A DNA stretch of 64,000 bases from an uncultured Spirochaetota bacterium (GTDB lineage: Bacteria; Spirochaetota; UBA4802; UBA5550). Location of the stretch: assembly GCA_963827275.1 (NCBI GenBank), contig CAWHAA010000008.1:486244-550243 (forward strand). The letters run 5' to 3'. Positions 32,865 through 42,455 of the stretch are shown here, piece by piece. The position numbers and the translations under genes are program-made. Position 1 is the first letter of the stretch; the number at the start of each line of letters is the position of its first letter. The notes beneath the pieces are model-generated. The model made no database searches. It was not told the DNA's origin and saw only the letters and a list, made by a program, of their open reading frames with translations.

Positions 32865-33833
32865 CTACACGAGCGGCTTTATCATGTGGATGTTCCTTCC
32901 CTCGTATTCTCCGGCGGGCGCGAAGAGGCCCGCCATGACGGGCGGCACCAGGAAGAAGATGTCCTCGGTGCAGCAGAGGGAGCCGGGCTCGGCGAACTTC
33001 TGCCCGAGGTGAAACACCGAGTTGATCGAATCCGCGACGATGGTGCCCGTCTCGCCCTTTCCCTTGTACTCGGTGTTCCCGATATGCAGGGCGATCCGGT
33101 AGGAGAGGGCGATGTCGAGCTTGATGATCTCCGCGCTCATCAGGACGCGGTTGACGAAGAGGCGGAGGGCGGCCTCGATCGCGCCGCTCGAGGTGCCGTC
33201 AAAGGGAAAGATCACCAGGCCGCCGTAATCCATCCATATCCAGACCCGCCCGTGTAACGGCGCGGCGGTCTCCTCGATGTACTGCCGGAACGCGGAGGTC
33301 ATCCGGGTGAACTGCTCCGGCCCGGCGGCCTTGAGCGCGCTCCTGTTGTCGAGCTCGATGAACAGGAAGCAGAAGGTGTATTCCTGTCCCTGCCGCACGT
33401 TCTTCCAGTCGCTGCCGGAAAGGATGTAATTCTTCATGCGGGCCTTGAGCCTGTCGTCGGGAAGCTCGATGTTTTTAAATTTCAGTATCCGTTCAATCCG
33501 GTTTTTCGCGAGCCCCTTCTTTATCTGCGCTGCGCCAATGTAGTCGGCCGCCCCGTCATGAAAGAGCCCTCCGACGTCCTCGATTGCGCCCTTCGGGTCC
33601 AGGACGCCGAAGAGGCTCCCGTCGATCTTACCGAGTACCTTAAGGGCCTGCGCGAGCTCGGGCCTGGCGAACGAGGAGACGTCGGCGTACAGGAGCGAGC
33701 CTGCCGGGGCCTCCTTTATCGTCTTCTTCAGCCCGGAGGGGGGGCATACACTGAGGGTGTGCTTTCCCGCCTTTACCGGCGCGGCGAAGGTTTTTTCGAT
33801 GTTCTTCGTCTTTGAAAATACGTAAATGTTCAT
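32865..33833 (-). CDS. Class III nucleotide cyclase-like protein lacking canonical metal-binding Asp residues, with a receiver-like N-terminus
   Basis: FLFIELDN, GRVWIWMDYGGL, YRIALHIG, TIVADSINSVFHL, EPGSL. Confidence 0.7.
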   Translation of the reverse strand: MNIYVFSKTKNIEKTFAAPVKAGKHTLSVCPPSGLKKTIKEAPAGSLLYADVSSFARPELAQALKVLGKIDGSLFGVLDPKGAIEDVGGLFHDGAADYIGAAQIKKGLAKNRIERILKFKNIELPDDRLKARMKNYILSGSDWKNVRQGQEYTFCFLFIELDNRSALKAAGPEQFTRMTSAFRQYIEETAAPLHGRVWIWMDYGGLVIFPFDGTSSGAIEAALRLFVNRVLMSAEIIKLDIALSYRIALHIGNTEYKGKGETGTIVADSINSVFHLGQKFAEPGSLCCTEDIFFLVPPVMAGLFAPAGEYEGRNIHMIKPLV

Positions 33834-34760
33834 TTACTGCTCCCGTGCGATGCCGTAGGTATATAATTTTTCCCGCCCGTCCGTCGTAACGGGGGTAAAG
33901 GCGGCCAGGAGCGAGGCGTCAAGCTTCGAGCTGACCGTGTTGCTGATCGTCATCGTGTCCGGCTTCGTGTATTTCGATTCGATCATGACCGTTTCCTTGA
34001 TGACATCGTTCTTCATGAGCTCCTCAATGTCCTCGGTATACATGCAGAGGCCGGTGTTGACCGCCGCGCGCACCCTGATCGGCTCCCCGAGTTTGCAATG
34101 GAGAGCGTTGTATACGAACAATTCATTCAGTATCTCCATGCCGCTGAGCGCGGCGAGCAGGCTCTTGTTCGCGAAGTAGAACGCGACCAGGCCCCCGTCG
34201 CCCTCCCAGTTCCAGACGCGCCCGTTCCTTTTGTGGATCGCGGCGGTGACGATCTTTCGGAAATCGCCGTAGGTCGCCTGGACCAGCTTTTCCGGGTATT
34301 TCCTCACCAGCTGCGAGTTGCCCACGATGTCGAGGCGGAGGAACGAAAGCACGTAATCGCGCCCTTCGAGGAAGGCGCCCCAGTTCCTGGTGCGGCGCAC
34401 CGCCGGGTCCTCGACGAAGATCATGTTCTCCGGGTCGTATATGTACCCGCACTGGTCGTTCAGCATCCTGATGATATCTTTCAGATAGGAGATAGGGTAG
34501 ATCCGTCCCTTGTAGCCGGCCGTATGGAACTGTATGAGCGTGATGATCAGGGTGAAGAAGTGCCCCTCCTTGATCATGTCACTGACGATCTGGCGGGCGG
34601 CGTCGCGCTGCGGCACTACCATGCTCTCGCGAAAGCCCGTTCTTTGGAAAAGGTCATATCCGTCGATAATGTCCTTTGCCATGTGTGTCATGACGTTTAC
34701 GTCCATCGATTCCGACAGGGCCTTGGTGGCGAGTGTGGTAATGCTGCTGGGGATTCGCAT
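33834..34760 (-). CDS. Class III adenylate/guanylate cyclase domain protein
   Basis: RLDIVGNS, WNWEGDGG, VRAAVNTG. Confidence 0.8.
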   Translation of the reverse strand: MRIPSSITTLATKALSESMDVNVMTHMAKDIIDGYDLFQRTGFRESMVVPQRDAARQIVSDMIKEGHFFTLIITLIQFHTAGYKGRIYPISYLKDIIRMLNDQCGYIYDPENMIFVEDPAVRRTRNWGAFLEGRDYVLSFLRLDIVGNSQLVRKYPEKLVQATYGDFRKIVTAAIHKRNGRVWNWEGDGGLVAFYFANKSLLAALSGMEILNELFVYNALHCKLGEPIRVRAAVNTGLCMYTEDIEELMKNDVIKETVMIESKYTKPDTMTISNTVSSKLDASLLAAFTPVTTDGREKLYTYGIAREQ

Positions 34761-34841
34761 AGTATGCTTCCTTTAATAAAATATGATGCGGCCTGCATGG
34801 CCTCTTGCCGGGCCGGGGCCATGCACTGTGCGCGCCGCCGG

Positions 34842-35600
34842 TCAGTCCGGCATCAGGTCCCAGCGGATGCCGGCGCCGCGGAAGACCGGCCCGTCCACGC
34901 AGGCGCGGCGCGGGCCGTCGGCGGTCTCTATGGTGCAGCCGGAGCAGAGGCCGATGCCGCAGCCGAAATAATTTTCAACCGAGACTTCTATAGGGACGTT
35001 CTTCTCTTCCGCAAGGGCGGTCATTGCTTTCATCATCGGCGCGGGGCCGCAGGCGTACAGCATGTCGAAGCGCTCCCCGGCGAGGAGCGACGACGCGATC
35101 TCCGTCACCAGCCCCTTCGTCCCCGCGGAGCCGTCGTCGGTGGCGAGGATGAAGCGGCCGGCGAGCTTCCGGTAGAGGTCCTCGAGGTAGATGTAGCGCC
35201 GCGACCGGGCCCCGTACAGGAAGGTGATGTCGCAGCCCGACGCGGCGAGCGATCGTGCCAGGTAGTAGAGGGGGGCATTGCCCACGCCGCCCCCGGCGAT
35301 GAGCGCCCTGCCGCCGCGCATGACCGTGAACCCGTTTCCCAGGGGGCCGAGCACGTCGATCGCTCCCGGGCCGCGGCCGGCGAGGAGCCCCGTGCCGGCG
35401 CCGGCGACCTTGATGACGGCGTGCATGATCCCCGCCTCGTGGTCGAAAATGGAGAAGGGCCGCCGCAGGAGCGGATCATGGCGGTCCGAGACCCGGATAT
35501 TGATGAACTGCCCGGGCAGCGGGCGTTCCGCCCCTGATTCTATTTTTAACAGGTAGTGGCCTTCTGACACGGGGAGGGGTTTTTCTATCAGCCGGGACAT
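34842..35600 (-). CDS. pyrK: Dihydroorotate dehydrogenase electron transfer subunit
   Basis: PGQF, LRRPFS, GPLGNGF, GGGVG, CGP, CGIGLCSGC...CVDGPVF. Confidence 0.92.
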   Translation of the reverse strand: MSRLIEKPLPVSEGHYLLKIESGAERPLPGQFINIRVSDRHDPLLRRPFSIFDHEAGIMHAVIKVAGAGTGLLAGRGPGAIDVLGPLGNGFTVMRGGRALIAGGGVGNAPLYYLARSLAASGCDITFLYGARSRRYIYLEDLYRKLAGRFILATDDGSAGTKGLVTEIASSLLAGERFDMLYACGPAPMMKAMTALAEEKNVPIEVSVENYFGCGIGLCSGCTIETADGPRRACVDGPVFRGAGIRWDLMPD

Positions 35601-35742
35601 GATAATTCTTCATCTCGCGAATCGGCGCCACGGTCAAGAAAAAAAAATCCGGCCGGGAGTTCGTTCAATTTTGGCCCGCACGGAATTAATTCATTGACAA
35701 TGGGGGCGTGATTATTTCTTTTTATCATGCGGAACAGACACC

Positions 35743-35814
35743 GCCCCCGTAGCTCAGTGGATAGAGCAGTGGCCTCCGGAGCCATGTGCGTACGTTCGAT
35801 TCGTACCGGGGGTA
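35743..35814 (+). tRNA. tRNA-Arg (anticodon CCG), CCA not encoded
   Basis: Cloverleaf: acceptor GCCCCCG/CGGGGGT, D arm GCTC/GAGC, anticodon loop CTCCGGA, T arm GTACG-TTCGATT-CGTAC. Confidence 0.95.
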
Positions 35815-35825
35815 ATGCGCGAAGG

Positions 35826-35852
35826 CGGGGCCATGCGGCCCCGCTTTTTTTT
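35826..35852 (+). terminator. Intrinsic terminator after the tRNA
   Basis: GCGGGGCC-ATGC-GGCCCCGC followed by T8. Confidence 0.85.
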
Positions 35853-36427
35853 CATGTGAGGACGATCTCCTCCATCGCCGTGTAGGTCGGCCCCTCTCTC
35901 CCGAGGTCCGACCTGAACAGAACGACCCGGTCGAACCGTGACTCGCCGAACAGGGCGTCGCGGTGCGCGGCGAAATAGTCGGCCAGGTCGGGCGGCATGC
36001 CCTCCTCCCGCCGCAGGCGCGCGAGGGTCAGGTGCGGCGTGAACCTCCTCACGTCCCGCCTGAACCCGTGCCGCTCCGAGAGGTCCTCCATCATCGCCTG
36101 GAGGCCCTGTACCGCGTCGCGGTCGCAGTCGAGACCGCACCAGAGCACCTGCGGCTTCCGCAGGCCGGGGAAGGCGCCGAGCCCGCGCAGGGTGGCGGGA
36201 AGGGCCGCCACACCCGGCCTGAGCGTGCTGAATTCATCGCGCAGCGCCTGGAAGGTCTCCGGCGCCGTTTCACCGAGAAACTTCAGGGTGATGTGGTAGT
36301 TCGCGGGCGCAACCGGCCTGACGGCGCGCGGGTACTCCGCCAGCCGCCCGTACACCGGCCGGAGGAGGTCCCCCAGGCCGTCAGCCGTCAGGGCGATGAA
36401 CAGCCGGACGCTCTTATCATTCGCCAT
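35852..36427 (-). CDS. thpR: RNA 2',3'-cyclic phosphodiesterase (2H family)
   Basis: RLFIAL, HITLKFLG, PHLTLAR, GPTY. Confidence 0.9.
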   Translation of the reverse strand: MANDKSVRLFIALTADGLGDLLRPVYGRLAEYPRAVRPVAPANYHITLKFLGETAPETFQALRDEFSTLRPGVAALPATLRGLGAFPGLRKPQVLWCGLDCDRDAVQGLQAMMEDLSERHGFRRDVRRFTPHLTLARLRREEGMPPDLADYFAAHRDALFGESRFDRVVLFRSDLGREGPTYTAMEEIVLT

Positions 36428-37157
36428 AATCCCCGCGCCCTCCCGCCCTTTCTGTTTCAATGTAGTCGCTCCCGGACCGGTACTCGAATGGCTCGAAATC
36501 GATGCTGAAGGCCTTTTCGCCTCCCAGCGCGCTGATGGTCAGGCTGAGCGTGATCATGCGCGCGCCATACGGTATTTTTTCAAAGGCGAGCACCTGCATG
36601 ACCGTGTCACGGGGCGGTACGAAGTCAAGCCGCATCTCGATGGTGTCGCGCCCGCAGTCAACCGGCCCGGACGCGTCTTCCTCCCGCATGATCCTGCGCG
36701 GCGTGAGCATTGCCTCCGCATCGGTGCCGGCATACGCCGGCGATCTCGTCGCGGCAGCCAGGCGCGCGGGCGTCATGGCGTCCTTTACGGTGTTGCCGTA
36801 CCGGACCTGCGCGTTTTTCAGCACCAGGGGAGCGTTCACCGTGCTTGCCAGGGTCACCATGAAAACCGTGAGCGGGGGGAACCGCCGGCCTACCGGCAGG
36901 ACCCGGCCCCGGGAGAATGCTCCGCACGACAGCAGGCGGGCCCATTTCTTTTCGCTGACGTGCTCCGCCTGGATGTCGCAGTACACGCTCCGGACAAGGG
37001 CGGCGCCCTGTTCCGTGGTGACCGTGCCCGCGGCCGCGGAGGGGCGGAGACCGCGTGTTATGCCCTGCCGCGACATGCAGGAAGCAAGGAGCAGGGGCCC
37101 CAGGAACAGCGCCGCGGCCGCCGCGGCGCACGCTGATGTTTTTTTCGGTGCGTTCAT
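36417..37157 (-). CDS. Hypothetical lipoprotein
   Basis: Hydrophobic leader ending LLASC; overlaps the thpR start. Confidence 0.65.
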   Translation of the reverse strand: MNAPKKTSACAAAAAALFLGPLLLASCMSRQGITRGLRPSAAAGTVTTEQGAALVRSVYCDIQAEHVSEKKWARLLSCGAFSRGRVLPVGRRFPPLTVFMVTLASTVNAPLVLKNAQVRYGNTVKDAMTPARLAAATRSPAYAGTDAEAMLTPRRIMREEDASGPVDCGRDTIEMRLDFVPPRDTVMQVLAFEKIPYGARMITLSLTISALGGEKAFSIDFEPFEYRSGSDYIETERAGGRGDYGE

Positions 37158-37298
37158 CGTGTCCTGATTTCCGGTGCATGAGGGCCGGCAGGAGCAGGCT
37201 ACCGCACCGGACGGGGGCATGTCAACGAGAAAGCGCCGCGGGTGTGCAGGGCGGGGACAAAAATATATTGACAGAATGAAAACGGGCGGGCGACACTC

Positions 37299-38288
37299 AT
37301 GGCGATGAGTAACCTTACGAAGTCATTTATCCTGCTTTTTTCCATCATCGCCTACGGCGTTATCGGCTACCGCGTCATAGAAGGGATGAGTTTTTTTGAC
37401 GCCCTCTACATGACCGTCATCACCATCTCCACCGTCGGGTTCCAGGAGGTGAAGCCCCTGTCGGGCGCGGGCCGCCTCCTTACGATAACCATCATAAGCG
37501 GCGGGATCACCACCGCCGCCTATACCATCGGCACGCTGGTCAGGAGCCTCGTCGAGGGCGAAATCAAGAAAATGTTCGGGAGAAGGAAAGTGGAAAAGAA
37601 AATCTCCGAAATGAACAACCATTATATCATCTGCGGCTACGGCAGGATCGGCAGGCTGGTCTGCAGCGAGCTCCGCGACTACGGGATGGACCTCGTGGTG
37701 ATCGAAAACAATCCCCAGTCGGTGGAGGTGATGGAGTCTGACAGGATCCCGTACCTTCCCCTTGACGCGACCATGGACGATACCCTCATGAAGGCGGGGA
37801 TCATGAAGGCGCGGGGGATCGTGACCGCGGTCGGCTCCGACGCTGACAACGTGTTCATCACCCTGACCGCCAGGGGGCTGCGCCCCGACATATTCATACT
37901 GGCGCGGGCCTCGGACGAAAAAAACGAGATGAAGCTCAAGAGGGCGGGCGCCACCAGGGTGGTCTCCCCCTACCTGATCGGCGGCAAGCGGATGGCGCAG
38001 GTGCTGATCCGTCCCACGGTGGTCGATTTCATCGATGTCGCCGTTTCCGACGGCCACCTGGGCCTCCAGATGGAAGAATGCCGCATACAGTCGAACTCGA
38101 ACCTGGCGGGGAAAAACCTCGTGGAAAGCGGTCTGCGCAAGGACTACGGCGTCATCATCGTCCTGATCAAAAAGCACAGCGGCGCGATGATCTTCAACCC
38201 GCAGCCCGGCGAGGTGCTGGAAGGGAACGATATCCTGGTGGTGCTGGGCAAGAAGGAGGACATGAAGCGGATGGGGGACGTCATATAG
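37299..38288 (+). CDS. Potassium channel (2TM pore with RCK/TrkA-N and TrkA-C)
   Basis: TISTVGF filter; ICGYGRIG; TrkA-C IFNP. Confidence 0.92.
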   Translation: MAMSNLTKSFILLFSIIAYGVIGYRVIEGMSFFDALYMTVITISTVGFQEVKPLSGAGRLLTITIISGGITTAAYTIGTLVRSLVEGEIKKMFGRRKVEKKISEMNNHYIICGYGRIGRLVCSELRDYGMDLVVIENNPQSVEVMESDRIPYLPLDATMDDTLMKAGIMKARGIVTAVGSDADNVFITLTARGLRPDIFILARASDEKNEMKLKRAGATRVVSPYLIGGKRMAQVLIRPTVVDFIDVAVSDGHLGLQMEECRIQSNSNLAGKNLVESGLRKDYGVIIVLIKKHSGAMIFNPQPGEVLEGNDILVVLGKKEDMKRMGDVI

Positions 38289-38299
38289 TCCCCCGGGGG

Positions 38300-40180
38300 C
38301 TATTTCCGCTTTTCGCTCAATAGCTTCGACATTTTCTTCAGCAGCACGTCGAGCTTGAAGGGCTTGGGGAGGAAGAGGTCCACCGTGTTTTTGTACGCCT
38401 TGATGTTGTCCAGCATCCATCCGGACAGGAGGATGGTGATGGTGCTCTCCTTGATCTCCTTGATCCGCGCCGAGAGCTCGATGCCGGTGATCCCCGGGAT
38501 GCCGTAGTCCGTGATCAGGACGTCGTACTGCTTCCGCTTGAATTCCTCGATCGCCGTCTTCCCGTTGCCGCAGACGAATACGCGGTTGCCCATCTTGTCG
38601 AACAGCTCGAACAGTATCTTCTGCAGCGGGATCTCGTCTTCGACGATGAGTGATGTCGAGGTCGCGCAGCCGGTACTCGATCTCCTCGCTCTCGCGCTTC
38701 TCCCGGTCGATCAGGATCCGCGACGGGAATATCGCCTTGATGGCGTATGATTCGGGCGACTCCTCCTCGATTATCTTGAGGTTGATCATCTCGGCCACCT
38801 GGCGGATGTCGGTACCGGAGAAGATGTTCACGAAGGCGGGGGGCGGGGCCGGCGCGCCGGCGCCGGGTTCCTTCTCCGCCTCCACGACAAGGTGGAGGTC
38901 GTGGTTCTGGCGGAGCGTGATGCTGATGGTCCCGGACTTCTGGATCGAGTTCGAGACCTTCAGGATGATCGAGGTGATGATCTCGCGCAGGAGGCGCGTG
39001 TTGGTGTTGACGTACATGCCGGAAAAATATTTTTTTTCAACCCTGATGTGCTTCGTGTTGTCGATATTGTAGACCTTGAACTGCATCTTCGAAAACTCGA
39101 TCCCGTCCTCGATGATGTCGACGAGCGGCTCGACCATGTTCTCGTCCGGTCTCCTGGGCGCTGCCGATGAAGTTCTGGACCCGCTTCACCTGGCCGGCGA
39201 TCTCGAGGGCCGATTCCTCCATCATCTGGATGCCCTCGATGACCGATTCCTTCTCCGTGATCTGGAGGAGCAGCTGCGTCTTGTTCAATATCACGTTGAT
39301 GGTGTTGTTGAGGGTGTGGAGGAACCCCTTGGTGATGTCGGTGAAGAGGCGGACTGCGGTTCGCGGCGTTGACCTTGTTCTTGAGCTCGTTGATCTTGGT
39401 GATGTCCTCCATGACGATCTCCACCGCGGTGATCTCCTTGTCGTCGACGATCGGGTAGAGGGTCAGGTTCGCGATCTTTTTCTCGCCGTCACGCGCGGTG
39501 ATCTTCGCCTCGCCGATCCTCCGGAACGTGTTTTCCCCGGAGAGGATCCCCGCCGCCGCTTTTTTTATCCGTTCGGCGTCCTGGGCGAAGAGGGTGTCGA
39601 AGGTCACGGCCTTCTCGTTGAGGATTTCCTCGGCCGTGTAGCCGATGAAGCCCTCGAGCGAGTGGCTGCACTTGATGATCTGCATGTCGTCGCTCATGCG
39701 CACGATCGGCATCGGCGAAAATTCGAGGTGAAGGTTGTCGTACTGGAAATTCTCCTCGGTGATGATGGAAAGGGTCGACCGGTCAAAGGAGAGGAGGCGG
39801 TCGTCAACGATGATCATAAGCGCAAGGATCGAACTGACCTCCGCGCCGGTGAACATGGGGAAGAGGTGGATCTCGACGGGGATGTGGCTCCCGCCCGGGG
39901 AATTGACGATGGCGAAGCAGCGCTTCTCCGCGCCGCGCAGGGCCGCCATGTACGACTGCGCGATCCGCTTTCGGTATTCGGGGAAGAAGGGGTGCTCCCA
40001 GTCGAGCCGGGTGTCGCTGCTCCCGGTGTTGAAGAATTCGTGGTAGGCCCGGTTGGCGTACTGGATGAGCCCGTCCTTCCCGATGATGGAGACCGGGTGC
40101 TTCAGCATTTCGAATATCTGGCACTCGGCGGCTATCGATCCCGCTGATTCTTCCGCTTTGTTTTTGAAATCCACGCTCAT
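38300..40180 (-). CDS. PAS-PAS hybrid histidine kinase-like/receiver protein interrupted by three frameshifts
   Basis: Removing single bases near 39355, ~39148 and 38651 gives one ORF: PAS-PAS, GFLHTLNN, degenerate ATPase, REC (ILIVEDE, ITDY, KPF). Confidence 0.75.
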
Positions 40181-40236
40181 TGTATGGTCGCCTGCTCTCT
40201 ATACCCCTGTGCCCCGCGAATCCGCCCGGGCCGCCG

Positions 40237-41589
40237 TCAATCGACGGTGCGTATATTCATGAAATATCGTTCCTTTTTTTTCAGTTCAAAGTTCAGCTGC
40301 TTCACGTTCCGGACCGCGCCGTTATACCCGATATACTGGACGGTGGCCGTATACTTCCCCGCCGGCAGGCGCAACCGCGCCAGCTGGAGGTTCGCGGGAA
40401 GCGTATGCCAGCACCGCAGGTCCGGCCTCATGGTCGCGAAAAGGGCGGTGCCCGTCCCCGCGCCGACCAGCAGCCCCATCAGGGAAGCAAGCCCGCTGTT
40501 ATCGTCAGAGAGCTTCCGGGTCGCTTCCGCCGCGGCGACGCCCGCCGCGACCGACGTGATCGCCTTTATAATGATGGACGCCGCGACCCTGCCCTGCAGC
40601 CTGCCGTAATCGTCCTCCATGTTCTTCATCGCGGTATACTCGATGTTCTCAAGCATCTCCGTTGCCACCTGCCGCCCCATGACGGCGACGCGGAGGTTTT
40701 TCGTGCTGTTCGACCGTATCTTGAATCTCGGTATCGGGTTCTCCGCTATGGATAATGACGACAGCACCGCCCCGGCGCTCACCCCGGCGGCCAGGTTCTG
40801 CGCGCCCAGCGCCGTCGTAAGCGCCAGGCTCATCCCCGGGTCTTCCATGAGCTTCCCCCGCGAGACCTTGATCGGGCTCCGGCCCGCCTGAAAGATGACC
40901 ACAAGCTCCCCCGCCGAAGCGCTCCGGGGGTCCCGCAATTGCGCGAGGTCGTTGCGCGCCATTGCGAGGTCCGGCTTAAGCTTGAGTATCTGCCGGTACT
41001 CTACTTCCGCGTATTCCAGGTCGTCTTCGCTGCCGTTTGACGCGGCGCGCAGCTCGTGGGCGATGGCCGCGAGGTATTTCGCCATGATGTTCTGCTTGTA
41101 CCGCGCCTCGCCCTTTTCGGTCTTTATCTTCTGGAGCTCGTTGTTGACGGCCTTGAACTCGACCGCCGCCTCGTCGAACTCCTTCAACATCAGGTAATTG
41201 ATCCCCAGGTACATGTGGATCAGGACCTTTTCAAAGTCCTCGCCGCGGTAGTTCGTCACCGTCTGGTCGGCGAGGAGCGCTCCCACCTCGCGGGAAACAC
41301 TGACGGGGACCACCGCCGCGGTCTGCGCGGCCTTGAGGAGCACCCTGTTGCTGTCCTCGTATTTCCCCGCCATGTGGAGGAGGTATCCCGCCTCCATCAT
41401 GAACAGGAGGCGGTCCTTCCCTGCCTTGTTTATGTACGGCAGCAGCATCCGCGCCGCTTCGTACTCCTGTCCCCGGTAGAACTTTTCCTCCGGGGCGCTC
41501 ATCACCTCGCGGTAATCCTTCGCGCAGGCAGCCAGCATGACGGCACACATCAGGAGCGCCGCGAACGGGATCATCTTCATTCTCTGCAT
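40237..41589 (-). CDS. COG3014-like TPR lipoprotein
   Basis: Lipobox LAAC; YRGEDFE; DLRCWHTLP. Confidence 0.8.
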   Translation of the reverse strand: MQRMKMIPFAALLMCAVMLAACAKDYREVMSAPEEKFYRGQEYEAARMLLPYINKAGKDRLLFMMEAGYLLHMAGKYEDSNRVLLKAAQTAAVVPVSVSREVGALLADQTVTNYRGEDFEKVLIHMYLGINYLMLKEFDEAAVEFKAVNNELQKIKTEKGEARYKQNIMAKYLAAIAHELRAASNGSEDDLEYAEVEYRQILKLKPDLAMARNDLAQLRDPRSASAGELVVIFQAGRSPIKVSRGKLMEDPGMSLALTTALGAQNLAAGVSAGAVLSSLSIAENPIPRFKIRSNSTKNLRVAVMGRQVATEMLENIEYTAMKNMEDDYGRLQGRVAASIIIKAITSVAAGVAAAEATRKLSDDNSGLASLMGLLVGAGTGTALFATMRPDLRCWHTLPANLQLARLRLPAGKYTATVQYIGYNGAVRNVKQLNFELKKKERYFMNIRTVD

Positions 41590-41602
41590 GCACCCCGGGC
41601 CC

Positions 41603-42172
41603 TTAGAAATCTATCCGGTCGGTCGCCGTGGCTTTTAAAAATTCCTGCCGGTTCTGCCACTTCGTGATGCCGGTTTTCAGCTCCTTCATCGCCAGCGTAA
41701 CGGCCAGGTACTGCACCTTCTTCCCCCCGACATACCGGACGTTTTCGTTGATGTTGCCGTACAGGAAGAAGTTGGGCGATTTCAGGTTGCCGGCCGGTAT
41801 CGCGCTGTCGGGATCAATGAGGCCGGTCATCCCCCGTTCCATCTCTTTGATGGTTTCTTTTGTATATGACTCTTCAGTGAACTCGATCCTCATCTGGATG
41901 AGGCTGGTGACCATTTCGTCGATGAGCATCTTCGTGTCGATGTGCTCCGCCGTGTCGTTTTTGATCCTCTGCACCTTGATCAGCGCCGGCCGGGCCCAGT
42001 CGTTTTTCAGATACGAATGGAGCGAGGCGACCATCGTGTTGACCGTGGTCTTGATCTCGCGCGGGCCCCATTCCATGGACCCTTTGTCCCTGCTCGCGTC
42101 ACGGTACTGGGTGCTGCCGCACCCTGCCAGGATGAAGGAAACCGCGAAAATCAAAAAAGACCCTCTGATCAT
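41603..42172 (-). CDS. lpoB: Penicillin-binding protein activator LpoB family lipoprotein
   Basis: Lipobox LAGC; IKNDTAEHIDT; LKTGITKW; adjacent to COG3014 gene. Confidence 0.75.
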   Translation of the reverse strand: MIRGSFLIFAVSFILAGCGSTQYRDASRDKGSMEWGPREIKTTVNTMVASLHSYLKNDWARPALIKVQRIKNDTAEHIDTKMLIDEMVTSLIQMRIEFTEESYTKETIKEMERGMTGLIDPDSAIPAGNLKSPNFFLYGNINENVRYVGGKKVQYLAVTLAMKELKTGITKWQNRQEFLKATATDRIDF

Positions 42173-42455
42173 GGTTGAAAGCTCCTTGCGGTATTTTTTA
42201 CTGTATACGTATCATGTATAATAAAAAAGGCATGAGCAAGCTTTTTCGTCAGTATTACGTCCTTTTTGGATAGCCCCCGTCATACTGGTCAGTTGTTGTG
42301 TTTTTATGATTAATTAAATTCGGCCCCCTAATTGTCAATAAAGTAAAAATTTTTTTCTTTATTAAATCCGCGCCGGCGCGTCAATAAAAGGGGTGTTTAC
42401 CCGTGGTTTGGAGGAAAAATCAGGGGAATTCCGGCGGGGCCGCGGTTTCCTGTCA

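Noticed and set aside
32865..34760. Pycsar/CBASS defence system
   Set aside because: No TIR, membrane or nuclease effector adjacent; the pair lies next to pyrK in core-like context
35743..35852. tRNA as an island integration site
   Set aside because: No integrase and no duplicated tRNA 3' end noticed; flanking genes are housekeeping
37323..39137. 604-aa ORF as one protein
   Set aside because: Only its first ~160 aa belong to the frameshifted kinase; the rest is off-frame or antisense to the K+ channel
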